Positions 36,756 through 50,586 of a stretch of DNA of 64,000 nt are shown here, piece after piece. The notes under the pieces were generated by a model. The model had not been told where the DNA came from and searched no databases. It saw only the letters and a program-made list of their open reading frames with translations. Every line of letters begins with the position of its first letter. The first letter of the stretch is position 1. The DNA is from Psilocybe cubensis (Eukaryota): NCBI GenBank assembly GCA_017499595.2, contig CM039006.1, forward strand, positions 2,852,001 to 2,916,000, in the 5' to 3' direction. Made by a program: the position numbers and the translations under genes.

Positions 36756-38285
36756 CTATACATGAGGGAAGTATGATACCCAGTCAATATCTACAAATGC
36801 GCTAGTTGGGAGCTCTCGAAGAGATATAAAAATGAGTACAACAAGGATAACACGAGCAGAAATGTAAACAACAACAGACAATAGGAAGAGGCAGAAAATA
36901 AGCGATTTGCTCGTGAATTCGAAGAAAGAAGCAAATGAAAGGGTTGCTAGATTATCGACCTTCATGCTGGCCCTCCCAGAGATCAGCACAACAACAGGAA
37001 CATTGAATATTACTAACGAACATATTCTCCATGACCACATTTCCATAATTGTGGGGTATTCGAATGTCCAAGCTGTACAATGGATGACTCCAAATACCGT
37101 TCCAACGAGGACCATAATGTAGGAAGCAATCACTGATGAATATTCTTCTATTTTCGGTGAATAGAACGTTGGAACGCGGTTTGCGCCTTTGAAATAAGTG
37201 AGGTTGACCATTTCGTCAAAGAATCCAAGGAATTTTGCCAGAGGTTGATAGATAAACATAGAAACCACGCTAACAATTAAACCGTGTCTTTCCCTCCTTG
37301 ATTTCCAACAACGGCTGAGTTTTTGAATCGGCAAAGACAAAATGTCGCCAAATTGTTCCTTCAGATATATGAATATGCACTTGAGAAAAGGTATTGAATA
37401 GTTCAACGCAGAGGACTGTGTGTTATAGAAGCCACCATGGTTCGCAAACATAGGACGATATTGGTCCGTTGTTCGAGGTAGTTGAAAACTATCTCCCGGT
37501 ACCCATGGCTCCGATTCTGGAATTGTAGGTAGAGGAGGAGTATATAGGGGCGTAGTATTTCGTTTATGCAGAGTGTGTGGGGTTCGTTTCAAATATACGG
37601 GTACGGGGCGTCCGACTCCAAGAGGCTTTCTCCACCAAAGCGCGTAAATCAACATGGTGAGCGGTGCATATGCAAGAGTCCCAACCTCCAACTTTGTCAA
37701 AGTCAATTGACGACATACACGCATGATGCACTGGATAATAAACCATGTGCTTTGCATAATTACAACCCCCTTGGAGAAGAAGTCGCCTTTGCTTTTGTCA
37801 TTGATGTCGTCTGCTGTTATCTTAGGCCACTTCACTTTGCCTTCTTTCTCGAGTGTTTCAAGTTCTTCCTCTTCAAGGATCCGTACAAAGGTGCCATTAT
37901 CATAAAGAGCAAAACCACCCATTATTAGAAAGAATCCATGTGTCATAGTCCACCCTTTGGCTGTTAAATCATATGTGAGTTTATCCTAATATTATAACAT
38001 TTATGACGCACATTTATGTCTTCTTGCGATTTCGTAAGCCCCAAAAAACTGACGTGTAGCCCAGTAAATGACGAGCTCTGGCGTCAAAAGCATAAAAAAT
38101 ACGATGGCAAGTCGTCGACTAAGCACGCGGATACTTCCTTCATTCGCTGCTGGAATGTTGGGATGAATGGCAACCCAGGTACAGGCGATGAGTGTGGCGA
38201 GGCAACTTGTTATGATATTCCACAGCGACCTTGTTGGGACCGCGGTGGAGTCGAAAGAGATAGCTTCAATTAAAGTGTCATTCAT
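36756..38285 (-). CDS. Uncharacterised multi-pass membrane protein of an expanded fungal family, 2 exons
   Basis: RSLWNIITSCLATLIACTWVAIHPNIP, WTMTHGFFLIMGGF, DKSKGD, FGVIHCTAW..PT..E..W and a terminal PHV. Confidence 0.85.
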
Positions 38286-39692
38286 TTTTCAGGTAAATAG
38301 TGTCTGGAGCCAAAGGTTAAGCTGAATATGCAGATTGTGTGCTGCTGTGAAAGCGATACAAAATCAAAGAGCGAAGGTGAAAGCTTGCTTGTATCTGAGC
38401 CATATGCTCTTCAGACTCAGACTTTAGGGGTCTGATGTCCTATATGGGGAATCTCTTCCAAGAACCCATACTTTCGAGTCAAAAAAGCGGTGTGTATATC
38501 CATGTCTATAACACTGCCTCGAAAATAAAATCATGGCAAGGTAGACATTGGCACTAGAAGGTGCAGCTAAATAATGCGGTGGATGGCAAATGGATATGTC
38601 GGCAATGGTCGTGAGAGTCGGAAGAATTTTTTAGACGTCAACTGCTATGAGTTAATAGTCTTTAAATGCCCTTCCAGTCACGTTGTACTAGTCTCTGCTA
38701 CCCTATTAGATTGTCCGAGCTTCTGGTAGCAAGGCGGTTCCATCAACAAAACTTCTTACTGCTCTATATATGTTCATTACAGCAGGTGCAGCCGACCTAG
38801 GTTTAGGAGATGGAAATGAGCAAAAATAGCTCATATCTCAGCCAATCCCGTGTTGTCTGTGCCTTTTCTCGTGGCGACAAGTTTTCTATTAGCGCTTGGT
38901 GAAGTATCTAGCGCCTACCAAAGACTGAATGGGGTAAGGTGCGGTTAAATTTATTCCTTTTTTGGATATGATTTATCGAATTCGCAGGTCTGTTGCGAGC
39001 GAACTTATCATGAACAATATGTATTACCCATTGATATGAACTATTTTAGGACCTAAAATCTCCGTCAACGAAAGCACAGCACGTCAGTGCATCATCTTCC
39101 ATGCCTTTATTATTTCCAGAACCTGACCATGCATTTGTGACCCACTGCAATGTGAATCTACCTGACAAGCGCTCGAACATTCCTCAGACAGAATGAAGAT
39201 AATATATTGACAAGACAATTTGTAAACCAATATCGAAAATGTGGAATAAAAGACCAAATTCTCCTCAAGGACTGGCAGTTGAGTTAATATGCGACTTTTC
39301 TCTTCCCTACGGTAATTATCCAACTGACACTCAAAAGAAACTTTACAGAGGCATCGTTCGATGGCCAAACCAGTGGTACGTCATCTAATCGAAGGAAGCG
39401 AAAACACATAAGGACGATGGGATATTTGTTCATTCGACAATGCAAATCATATTCTCGATTCTCCTTTACATTCCCTGACCTTTTCATCTTTATGCCCGTG
39501 CGAATGTTAGTGACAGACGAGCCCCGCAACTATATTCGTCAATGAGACCATCTGCATCCTCATCCCAGTGTGAAAACCCTTCCATGCTGTCTACCTAAAT
39601 CAGCCCCATTTCTCACATGTCAGGCCTCAGATAGAGCGACTCAAAAAGACGGTTTCTCACAAAGTTCAGACCCCACTGTGTTATCTTCAACC

Positions 39693-40847
39693 ATGACCGA
39701 CACGAACCCGATTGAAATTTTGTACAAGCGGGCAGATGGTGTAGACATCTTTATGGACGTCTACATTCCCTCAACAGCATCCAAAGCAAGCCCGGCGTCG
39801 ATCCTGCTTTGGTGGCATGGTGGGTTTTCCGATCCCAGTGTGGAATATTGTTGATGATACTGTCGCCTTTCAGGTGGCGGATTACTCCAGGTATGCCACA
39901 CCCTGAAATTGAACACTCGTCATATTGACATTATGGGCGTTCCAGGGCTCAAGGAAAGGTAGTCTGGATCCAAGTCATGAAGACAATCTTCATTGACCAT
40001 GTGGTACCCTTTACAGCTGTTGCACCGCACATGTTGCAGGCCCCTGAGAAACACAACCTCTGCATCGTGTCTGTGGACTACCGACTTGCTCCACAGACTC
40101 GCATGCCAGGAATTTTGGAGGATTGTCTCGATGCGATAGATTTTATCCACGGAGTCCGTTTCGCCGAACAAACTGGACACCGTGCCAATCCATCCAAGAT
40201 TGTCGTGAGCGGCAGCTCGGCAGGCGGGTGGCTGTCTCTCCTAGCAGGAACTGGTATCGGGTACAAGGCGTGTGGACTCCCTGCTCCGAGGCCTGTGCAG
40301 GGAATTGTTGCTATCTATCCTATTACAGACCTCCTTGACCCATTCTGGAAGACTAAGCAACGTCCCGTGTCGTATATGGACCGGGTCATTGACTTCAGTG
40401 AAGTGGAATCGTTTGTCGACCCAACAAGCGCGAAGACGTCTTGGTCCGCCCCCGACGGAAAACGATCGATATTTTATCATTACATGGTTCAAGAGTCAGT
40501 ATTCGAACGTTACACATTGAACGTACTACTTCCGCTCATGCAAAATCTTCAGGGCTATACTGTCTTCTCTGTTGTTAGATGGGACAAACATCAAAGAAGA
40601 ACACTTTAGCATTGCTGCTGGAATCAAATTGAAGAAAGATACCGTCATCCCTCCAATCTACATCGTCACTGGAAACTCGGATGGCAAGGTTCCACACGTT
40701 CAATCCCTGGATGTTGTAGCAGCACTTAAAGAAATAGGGGAAGAGGTTGAATATGAGGAGCTGGATGGGCTTGACCATGGTTTCGATAGAGAGGCTGAGT
40801 ATACGATGGATAAACTTTATCAGTTCGTGGCGAAAGTGACCAAATAG
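39693..40847 (+). CDS. Alpha/beta hydrolase (HSL/Abhydrolase_3-like)
   Basis: WWHGGGLLQGSRK is assembled from microexons 39874-39890 and 39946-39958; DYRLAPQ, nucleophile GSSAGG, GNSDGKV and DHGFD follow. Confidence 0.9.
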
Positions 40848-41194
40848 ACTAGATCGGATCAATCTCAATGTACTGTGCTAAACGGCTTGATTATGGCATG
40901 CTGCGACCTCAATTCAGATGTTGTTGATGATTGACGTTCACATTACCATTGGCCAACTTGCTGGCTTGCTGCCGACTGCTATGACGTTACTACCCTTGTA
41001 TTTGGGCTGATCCACGGCACGTACTTCAGTAATTCATTGGACATCTTCTATCACCCTTGTGATTGATATTCATCGTATGCGCCGCAGCAAACAATTCGTA
41101 TGGCCACAAGTACGACAGATGTGGGTAAATAACGAACTCATTCATAACCTATAAAGGAGACTACAGGTTAGTCATGAACGTTTGAACATTCAAC

Positions 41195-43169
41195 ATGCCG
41201 ATTTCCGTAGGAATGGCTATTCCGTCTGCCTTTTCTTATCTATTTTCCCTGTTGGCTTTAGTTATTGGGAAGGAACCACACTGCCGCTGCCTCTACGGAC
41301 AAGATTGTTGGCCTTCTTCTACAGACTTCAACATTCTTTCAGCTCAGTTAACACAACCACTTCTGTTCCCCAAACCGCCTGCTTTACCTTGTTATGTTAA
41401 CGAATCGCAACAAAAATCGCTCTCGGACTCTGAGAGCTGCTCAGATGTAATTATGCAGTATACAAATGGGACCTGGCGGGCAGATACACCCGGGGCTATG
41501 CAAAATACGAACTTTGAGGCGTTTATATTTTCCAACGGAACTGTGGACGCGTGTTACCTTGATGCTTCCCTGGGTTTCCCGTGTTTGCAAGGAAGCATAC
41601 CACCGATTGGGGTCGATGCTAGGACCGTGTCTGATGTTCAGGCTGCTGTCAAATTTGCGAAACGCTTCAATCTACGCCTTGTAATCAAGAATACAGGTCA
41701 TGATTACCTCGGAAGGAGCGCTGGACGTGGTGCATTTATGTTGTGGACTCACTATTTAAAAGAGATGACCTACGACGCGTCATTCACTCCGCTCGGAGCT
41801 TCTTCAGAGAATTCGCATTCCACATTCAAAGGTACGAAATTCAGAATTTGTCGCATTCAAGTTTACATGTGCTGTATACTACCTAGCTGTTACCTTTGGG
41901 GCTGGAATCCAATGGGCCGAGGCATATGCTTTTGTACAAGAGCATAATCAAACTGTCGTAGGTGGTATATCCTTGGGAGGTTCCGTAGGTGCTGCTGGAG
42001 GCTGGGTAATGGGCGGCGGTCATAGTGCAATGTCCCCATCTCTAGGGCTAGGTGAACATAATGCCTTCCCGTCATACACTATACCCTAATCATTTTGATA
42101 GGCATCGACAATGTCCTTCAATTCAGCGTTGTACTAAGTGACGGATCCTAGGTCATAGCAAATGCATACCGGTATCCTGACCTCTTTTGGGCACTTAGAG
42201 GCGGGGGCGGTGGTACCTTTGGCGTTGTCGTATCAGCCACCTATCAAACTCACCCGATATCTCCTGTAACCATGGCTTTGATGGTCGCCAACTTTTCTTC
42301 TACTTCAACTGCGCAGCTCGTAGCTAGCAGATTTCTTCGCTTTCATGTGAGCGTATCCGACCAAGGCTGGGGGGGTTATACGAGTATATCCAATTCAACG
42401 TTGCAGATTTTGTTTGTCAAGCCAAACACCTCAAATGTCGAGGCAGAAACTGCATTTGGTTCCTTCATCGAATTCACCCGAAATGCCACCGATGCCCAAA
42501 CCCTAAGTATTTACCAGACTTACCCTGGATTTTTGGATTGGTATCAGGCCATCTTTGGATCGAGAACGGGGCAGGTTGGCTCAGCAGTCGAGATTACTTC
42601 ACGTTTGCTTCCGCGAGAAATAGCACTCCGTGACCCGGATAGAGCTGCGAAACTCATGTTGTCTATTGATGGAGGTTGCACAACAAAGTAAGTTGATCAA
42701 AAATTTCATGGTCATTAAACTCATATCTTGACAGTTCTGTCGGAGGTGGTGCTGTTGCAGACGTTGATCCCTTGTCCACTGGACTGAATCCGTCTTGGAG
42801 GGCCTCAATTGCAGAAGTGTATTCTGTTGAAACGTGGCCAGAGGGTTCGTCAGCAGAGACGATTTTAAAGGCCAGAAACCGATTAAAAGGTAAGACTGAC
42901 ATTCTTGACAAATTTACAACTGACTCGGCAGCATATTTAAACGAGGTTGGTGTTCTCTATCTAGCTGATCTACTATGATTGAGACACTTTGTCCTTAGGC
43001 ATCTCTCCATGAAATTGATTTCAAAAAATCATTTTTTGGAAGTCATTATGAAAAATTGAAGGCTGTAAAGGACATTTATGACTCCACGTCCCTCTTTACT
43101 GTCCCGCTTGGTGTGGGGTCTGATGACTGGGATAGTGAATTAGAGTGCCGCCTCAATACAAGGCAATAA
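41195..43169 (+). pseudogene. Secreted FAD-linked BBE-like oxidoreductase with one in-frame TAG (probable null allele)
   Basis: CRCLYGQDCWPS, IKNTGHDYLGRS, GGGHS, DLFWALRGGGGGTFGVV, AYLNE and FFGSHYEKLKAVKDIYD are present. TAG at 42149-42151 falls within VLSDGS*VIAN. Confidence 0.8.
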
Positions 43170-43542
43170 GACTGTTATATTAAGACATTGACGCCATCTG
43201 TTTCTTCCGGCAATCTAACCAAGTGTAACGAGCTATTTTGTGTAACCTATGAGTAAAATCTGGCTAGGATCACAGCGGTGGCCTACATGGTCCACAGATA
43301 ATGGTATACCAGACGTTCTGAGTCGGAGGTGATCATGTTTTGGTGCCGATTCGATATCGGATCAATGTTTGTTCCGACAACATCAATCGGATCGCCCGGC
43401 CAAAGAGCGAATGGCTAGGCCAATGGCCCAATGCCGAGTTGGCCGTAGGAGCTTCCGGACTTTCCCGTTGTCCACGCGTCAAGGCCTATTCAACTGTATA
43501 GTACAACCGCGTGTCTTGCGAAAACTTTTCCTAACATTGAAC

Positions 43543-44994
43543 ATGTCAAACCTACCAGTCGAAATCATGGACGAGATTATGACCACAGCAGTATCGACGT
43601 TGCTTCCTCCATCTCTTTCATCCATCGCCCTTGTGGCAGTGAGGTACCGCATTCTGGTCAACAAAAGCCGTTTCTCATCGATAAGTCTTGGCTCTAAGGC
43701 ACAAGATGTCGACGAGCAGTACTGCAAACGGTTGAATAGCCTCGCGGATCTCATAAAAGGAGGATTTTCTGTAAAAATAAAACCACCCGTGGCCAGCTTT
43801 ATTGTCTCGTTCTCACTTTACGTCCGCGGAGACACCAATAACCTTCGGCCTTTGTTGCACAATGGATCCCTTGCATACATATTTGGTGTACTCTTTCGAC
43901 AATCTCCTGATACTCCGTATTCACCGCGCTCCAAGTTTCGCCGGGTTTCCTTGGACATTCTCAACTGGGATTATAGAATGCCAAATTTTGATTCGGACAC
44001 AAGTTCTGAAGCGAGTATCAACGGAGAGGAGCAGGAGGAGCAGGAAGAAACGTTTCTGAACTTTTCTCTGGCTGATTCCGCTCTAACTGTGTCGTTTGTC
44101 GATTTCTTGCTCAACTCCCAAATAACCCACCTCCATATCTCGCATATTCACAATATACCGTTAAATTTTCTTCTCGGCTCGAAGCTTCATCACCTGAGCC
44201 TCGGTGATGTTTCATTCTCTGAGCCGGATGAGTCTGATATCAACCGTTCAACGAGAGGGATTACTCTTCATTCGGTTGTCATTGGAGGCATGGCTTGGGT
44301 TTCTTTTGAAATCTTCGGACGTCTCATTAGCAACGAACCCTTCCCACCGCCGAGCAGCTTCAACACTATGACCAAACTCACACTCGGCTTGGGGAGTCCT
44401 CGACAAATGGAAATTCTGAAGGAATTGCTGACTGTTACAGTTCACCTTGAAGATCTTTGTCTGAATTTTGTTTCTACCTCGTCAAACGGTAATAAAACAA
44501 CCTATATGCCGCGTTCAATTATTGAAGTTGTATTTTTAGTGCAAAAGGAATGTATAGATTACACCCACCTTTCTCAACTGAGAACCATAGAGATACAGAC
44601 ATTTGACTGTGGAGCGTCATTCCCCTTCGTCACCAAGTTGCTGGGACGTCGCATTCCACCATCCCTCAGTACAATTAAGATCTCTAATAACGAACTACAC
44701 GAAAGCGATTCCCTCTCCATGATCAGCAGATCCTTACAGTTATACCCATTCGACATCCTGGATAACCACTTCGAGCATTCCGGTTTCAGAAATATCACAA
44801 TGGTCATATTCTTCTCTGTTCGAATCAATGACAGATACAATCCGATTACCTTTGACGCCGACGCCTACAGGAAGGAGTACTATAGCTACGTAGCGAGTAA
44901 GTTTCCGTTGTGCTTGACGCGACATCCTCCGCTTTCCCTTTCCGTGCCAATTACAATTCAGATGGAATATAATGGAGAGCCATTCGAGCTTTAG
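43543..44994 (+). CDS. Divergent F-box-like/LRR-like hypothetical protein
   Basis: Long ORF with likely start MSNLPVEIMDEI..LSSIALVA; a probable in-frame intron at 44489-44539. Confidence 0.75.
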   Translation: MSNLPVEIMDEIMTTAVSTLLPPSLSSIALVAVRYRILVNKSRFSSISLGSKAQDVDEQYCKRLNSLADLIKGGFSVKIKPPVASFIVSFSLYVRGDTNNLRPLLHNGSLAYIFGVLFRQSPDTPYSPRSKFRRVSLDILNWDYRMPNFDSDTSSEASINGEEQEEQEETFLNFSLADSALTVSFVDFLLNSQITHLHISHIHNIPLNFLLGSKLHHLSLGDVSFSEPDESDINRSTRGITLHSVVIGGMAWVSFEIFGRLISNEPFPPPSSFNTMTKLTLGLGSPRQMEILKELLTVTVHLEDLCLNFVSTSSNGNKTTYMPRSIIEVVFLVQKECIDYTHLSQLRTIEIQTFDCGASFPFVTKLLGRRIPPSLSTIKISNNELHESDSLSMISRSLQLYPFDILDNHFEHSGFRNITMVIFFSVRINDRYNPITFDADAYRKEYYSYVASKFPLCLTRHPPLSLSVPITIQMEYNGEPFEL

Positions 44995-45131
44995 GGTATG
45001 TTCTTCATTATATTTTACCCAGATAACGAACTTGCTGAAATTCTGAGATGATTTAAGACCGCGTGTCCATTCTAGTATGGTAAAGAATCACCATCAAATG
45101 TACCAAGTTGTTTTAGATCTCTTTGAGAAGA

Positions 45132-46550
45132 TCATTGTTGGTTTTCTGTTCTCATCTTCCGCACAGAATCTGCCTGGTCGGGCGTTGCTAGCACAAACTC
45201 CTTGTACACATATGCATGAGATCTGGGTTCTTTGAAACCGCGTGCTTTAGATAAAGCGATATTGTTGACTATTTCTGGTGCCTATGGTGAGCGAGCAAGG
45301 TTATTGAATATTCATGTTGAGGGATAGTAAACCTTACGACAACCAAGGACGGCTTGACTCCGAACGTTATATCCGAGGTAAGATAGGGATCTCCTTTAAA
45401 ATACAGCTGTGTTACCACGGACTCGTACCCTGGCGCCTTAACATTATCTTCAGCATCAACGTGGCAAAAACTCCAAAGCATTGCAACCTACTTGGATAAC
45501 AACATGAACGTGGGCTGGTCTATAGAAGTGTCTACCAAGTGCGGAGATTAGACCTGCGGCAGGACCCTTGTCAGGTATAGGATACGGTACGGGGCTTCAA
45601 CAAAGGTTGTGTAAGTTAATGCTGAACCTTTGATATCAGGAAGTTTAAATACATGACGGCACGAAAGGCGTATGATCCATCCAGTGCTGTGCGGATACGT
45701 CCTCTACAATCTTCAAGCCCTTGATACTTGGTCCTGATTGAGTATAATATACGTGCATTAAGTTGAGTTGAAAAAATGACGTACTTGAACATCATATAGT
45801 CCAGAGTCGTCAGCTTCCCATATATCGAGAATTGCGCCGGAGATTGGATTCCCTGCAAGGTCAAGAACACGTCCCTCTATATACAGATATTCGCCTTTCC
45901 CTTCTGACGCGATGGAATCACCCTGTTGCACTATGCACCAGTATAGCCAACATTTATTTTCAGTTTTCCAGCGAGGGGTAAAAAACAACATACCTTCGCG
46001 AGCATTCTCCTTGAAAAATGGACCAAGTAGAACGGCCTCAGTTGCGCCAGATGGTTTTCCGTAATTGATGTCGTGGATGAGTGTTGTTATTCCCAGGATG
46101 TCAGATAGGATATCAAACTCTGTAACCCGTGAAGCGGTAAATCAGCGACAATATCTTCAGGCAAATTTTGCAAGCAAAACTGACGGGTTTCTCCATTTTG
46201 ACTGCCCGCTGAGGCGAGAAACTTAATTGCTGTCCTTGAAACCATGAATATGAGTCATAATCTGGCTTGGATGTCACATCTACTCACCGCCATTCAGTTA
46301 TAGTTAAAGAGGTCTCTCGAACGAAGTCGTGCAAGTGATCGACCTATAAATTGTTCAGTAAGGCATCATTGGCACTCGTTTCGAGTCTAACAAGTTTATC
46401 CATTATATCTCGCAATCTTGTGTTCTTACCTGAAGAATATCAGAACCACATAATTCATTCAGTGAAAGCACAAATCTATTGACTATACGACATACAGTTG
46501 ATATTCGCAGCCTTGACCTCTTCCGCAAAGGACTTGAAGTTAGTCTCCAT
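45132..46550 (-). CDS. Intradiol ring-cleavage dioxygenase (hydroxyquinol/catechol 1,2-dioxygenase family), multi-exon
   Basis: HLHDFVRETSLTITEW, LSDILG, ATEAVLLGPF, DIWEADDSGLYDVQ, PVPYPIP, RPAHVH (Tyr,Tyr,His,His iron ligands) and TQLYFKGDPYLTSD. Confidence 0.93.
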
Positions 46551-47160
46551 GATAACGGTAGCAGATTTTAGTACAGTGGGTGTATAGAAGTAATACCCAA
46601 ATAAAGTCAGCTGGGAGAAGGATGGTACTTGGATGGTATGCCCCAGCTGGTTTTCCAGAGCTTTAAATGCCCTCATATGAATATCAGAATATTATAAATC
46701 ACTCAAATGACACGTTTCCACGGGAGTCCAGCAAACGTGGATGCATGTGGGACTGCGTGGGATATTATATATGTGTTATGAGGTATCAAGATGAGGGACT
46801 TGGAGGGATGAGCAATAGTAGCTCAACTGGAACACCTTATAAGAAGGAAAACACGTGCGAAAAGCATTCCCATAGAGGACGTCAGTGTCTGTGGGATGTT
46901 CATAGAACTTGTGCTAAACTCACAGGTTGCATAATGCTTTTGGCAATACATCTGGCGTTATTAAATTCTGAAACGCCAGAAACTACAGAGATTACATGCC
47001 TCGAGCCAGTTTTTATCCCCAACGCACCACCGCTGACGGGGACCTCGGTATTACGTGAAGTTCTTTTTTCCAAACTATGCTGTACAGGCTGCATATCATC
47101 CGACTTTGTAATTCTTTTGGAGAGCAGATGAAACAAACCGAGTCACCGTACGTTTATTGC

Positions 47161-49822
47161 TCAAGAAACAATCAGATTGGAAACTGAAAGGTTCCTTCTA
47201 TCATTTTGATCCTTGTCCAATCTAGCCCTTCCACGGGGTGTAAGATCTGATGTCTTCACATCTTCTGTTAGATTATTAGAAAGGAAGGCACGCAGAGTTA
47301 CCTTTTCTTGATATGACCTCGAAGACCGACCATATCCCAGATTCTTATAATAGAATGTCGGTCCGAACAATGGTTACATCGAAGCTCATAGGCGGGCTCA
47401 ACTCCCAGACGAAAAGGTGTACGAGGCTTTATTGAAGCTCGCTTATCCACAATAATATCCCTGCCCACTTTTGGCTTTTCGATAGAATGTCTGTGAACAA
47501 TTACGAGATCAGATAACGCACCAAGGACGATCAAATGCGTATACTTCTTTCACATGCCCGATTGCGACTTGTTGCGTCACACCTCCCTCATAGTGCATGG
47601 AACAATGGTTACAGCACCATGCTTTCCAGACTGGTAGCGGGTGCGCGCGTTCCTGAGCAAGTACAAATTTTATGGCTTCAGGTGTCAATATACGCCACGA
47701 AGCATTCCGGCAATGAGAAAGCTCTCCTAAATGAACCATATCTGTTTGATGAGACATCTAGATGGCAATGAGAATGAGAAGAAGAAATAAACGATGCATT
47801 AAACACTCACAAACTCGTGCCATGTAAAAACTTTCAGGCTCAGTATTCCACGAGAAGTTGCTGTAGGTGTACAATTACCACATAAAAATCTGTCTTTCCG
47901 ACAATCCATATCCTGGACAGTTGTCATGCAAGGATCCAGGCCAACTGACTGCAGTAGAGCGCACGCAAAGGTTGAAATAGGAGCGTTGTATCTGTATGTA
48001 GAGCAAGAGCTACGGTATGTGCTCAACGAGGATCCGGAGAAGTGGCCCAAGATTGTATCCCATCCAACGAGTACTCTTCCTTTGCAGTTTCGCTTCTCGC
48101 ATTCAAGACAGGACACGATGAGTGTCGCAGAGTCAAATTGCTTAATATCGTTCAATTGATGCATAGCACCATCAGACCGTAGAAATCCAGTTAATTGCAG
48201 CTGATGTATCTTTTCCCAATGACGAGCCAAGCGCTCAAAAAGAAGCGCTACATCCTCAAGTTCGACAACGCCAATGTAAGGGACTTCAGAATGAAGAAAG
48301 GGGTAAAAGATTTCGGACGTTGAGATGAGATAGGATGGAGGGAAAAAAGGCCATTTCTCCGGGAGCTGTGTTTTCTGATACGCTGTATAAAGGCCGGAGA
48401 GATACTCTACGCGTTCAGACTTAAGTCGACTTAGCATCGATTTCCTGACGTAACCTTTAACCGTAGGTTCAAGTTTTCTGAACACTGAGTAAGAATCAGA
48501 TTAGCAAGCGTTATAGTGGTAGCCTCTTCACTTGCCTTTAGAAGTAAGCTTCCGTACAGCATTCTCTTTGATGACCCCTGATATGAAGGGCCACGCGTTT
48601 TTTATATCTCTCGGGTCATAGCCCAGACTCTTCATTTGATTGTCGCACCTGGATGTATACACTTTTAAATTATAGATTTACGTGCTGACGTATCTACATA
48701 CCGATAGATAGCAGATTTAAAGTCACTTTGTCGCTCACGCATCCATGATTTATAGGTTTCGATGGCCCAGCCATTGGCATTTTCCGCAGCCTAAAACATT
48801 ATGAGATAATCATTAATTCGAGCAGAAGAGCACCTGACCGCATGATGTTGGGAAACATAAGATATTCTGGACGCCGTGTACGCGTTGAGTATTTCGGTGA
48901 GCTCGGGAAATCCATGATCAATGAGGATCCGTAGTAATGTAACCTTTTTCATTGTATCGTCAAACATTATCTTCAAAACCCTTGCTCTCCAGATAACTGG
49001 CGGTGCAAATGTATAAGTATGGGCATCTAAAATCCAATAAGACCTCGTTATGGCAGGTAAGAAGGCACGGACTGATTCTGAAGGAATGCGGAACCATCGA
49101 AACCACTGGGTGGTCGAGTGAAAGGTGCTCCCCATTACTGTCTCTTAGGTCTCTAAAGTAACGATAGTTTCGTGTCTGAAAACACATTAGCGACAGGAAT
49201 AAAGTGGTCAAATCTTTAGGAGTCACCATACAGTGTTGGCAGTACCTTTGACAGAACGCGAAATCCGTCATAGCCCCATATTCACCGCACGCCTACAAAA
49301 ACATCGTTGGATACAACGTTATGGGAGGCGATTAAACAGCCACATACCATGCATATAGCACGACCAAACAGTAAAAAAGCCCATGTCGAATAGTCAAGGC
49401 GAGGTGGACATTTGGGTAACTCTGGGTGTCTCAAGAATGCAATTTTCCATACATCTTGAAAGGCCCCACTCATTATGAGTCTTCGAAAGCCCTTAGAAAC
49501 TTGGGACAAATGAAGTAAGTCAATTGGATGAAGATGTTCGAAAACCTTGAGAGCCAAGTCATCAAGAGCTGAAGGATGTTTGCTCAATTATACGGACCAT
49601 AAAGCCAAGTTCAGTCGGAAGGCGAAAGAGTAAAGCAGCATCTCCTGAAACGATTCTCTGCGAGCGGCGAAGCTGTTTCATGGTCCATCCAGCAAGAACG
49701 TTTACTGCGATTGATGATCAGGAACAATGCAAGCAAGTGATTGTAATATACGTACTCGGTCTGGACCTCCCTTTGGCAGTGTCATCTGCTTCGAAAAAGG
49801 GTAGGGCAATATCTTGATTCAT
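47161..49822 (-). CDS. Multi-exon F-box protein with Cys-rich motifs; ends approximate
   Basis: RLPTELGFM/VFEHLHPIDLLHLSQVSKGFR..W..PKCPP..WAFLLF..C, followed later by GLDP..TT..DMD...RFLCGNC and WCCNHC. Confidence 0.72.
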
Positions 49823-50586
49823 GTCGATATAGATGCTAATATAATAGCATTCCAAGAGGTTACAGACATGGCAGAGTTTTACGGTCAGCATATTCCGATG
49901 CGTGCCGAACTAGGCTCGTGCCGTTGCTGACTCAGCAAATTTTGAGCTCCGTTGTATGTACATTGCTGTGTCGTGTTTGGACGGCAAACATCACGCGGAT
50001 TGTAATCGGACCTCAAATGCTGTGGAACGACCAAAACATTTGTACACGCTGTACGCCCCACGGTATCATGTTCAACATTCAATATTCCATAATTGATTAA
50101 TCATTGCTCACTCTCCTGCCAGTGCCATACCCATCTATCTAAATACTGCGGCGTGTGCTCCATGGCTCTTCGAAAAGCATCCTCTTCTTTGTTAGACGAA
50201 CACCCGCCATCAAAGCAGACAAATAGCATTTTCCTGAATCGTCATATTAAACTGATGTGGAAGTCAAAACCTTTGGATAAGAGTGCGCGCAATGGCCTTC
50301 TAGGGATTTAACGTGTCTTTTAACAACCTATTAGACCCGGTTTTCATCAAGAAACGATGATTCGAGTTGATCATCATCATCCTGTGATCAGGACCGTTTG
50401 GTTACTGGGAGAGTCCCGGGGGCAATACCCACAAAGCTCCAACGAGATCATGTCATTTTTAGCACTCAAACTAGACCAACATTAGATGCACATAAGTTCC
50501 TGTGTGTATCAAATCATCTCGACATTTGTTCTGCTGGCAATCAACTCCCCGTATCTCACATACACCTTCCCTCCTTTCCTTTCCCT

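Noticed and set aside
39693-46550. Secondary-metabolite biosynthetic gene cluster
   Set aside because: No backbone enzyme (PKS, NRPS, terpene synthase or repeat-containing RiPP precursor) was recognised in the window.
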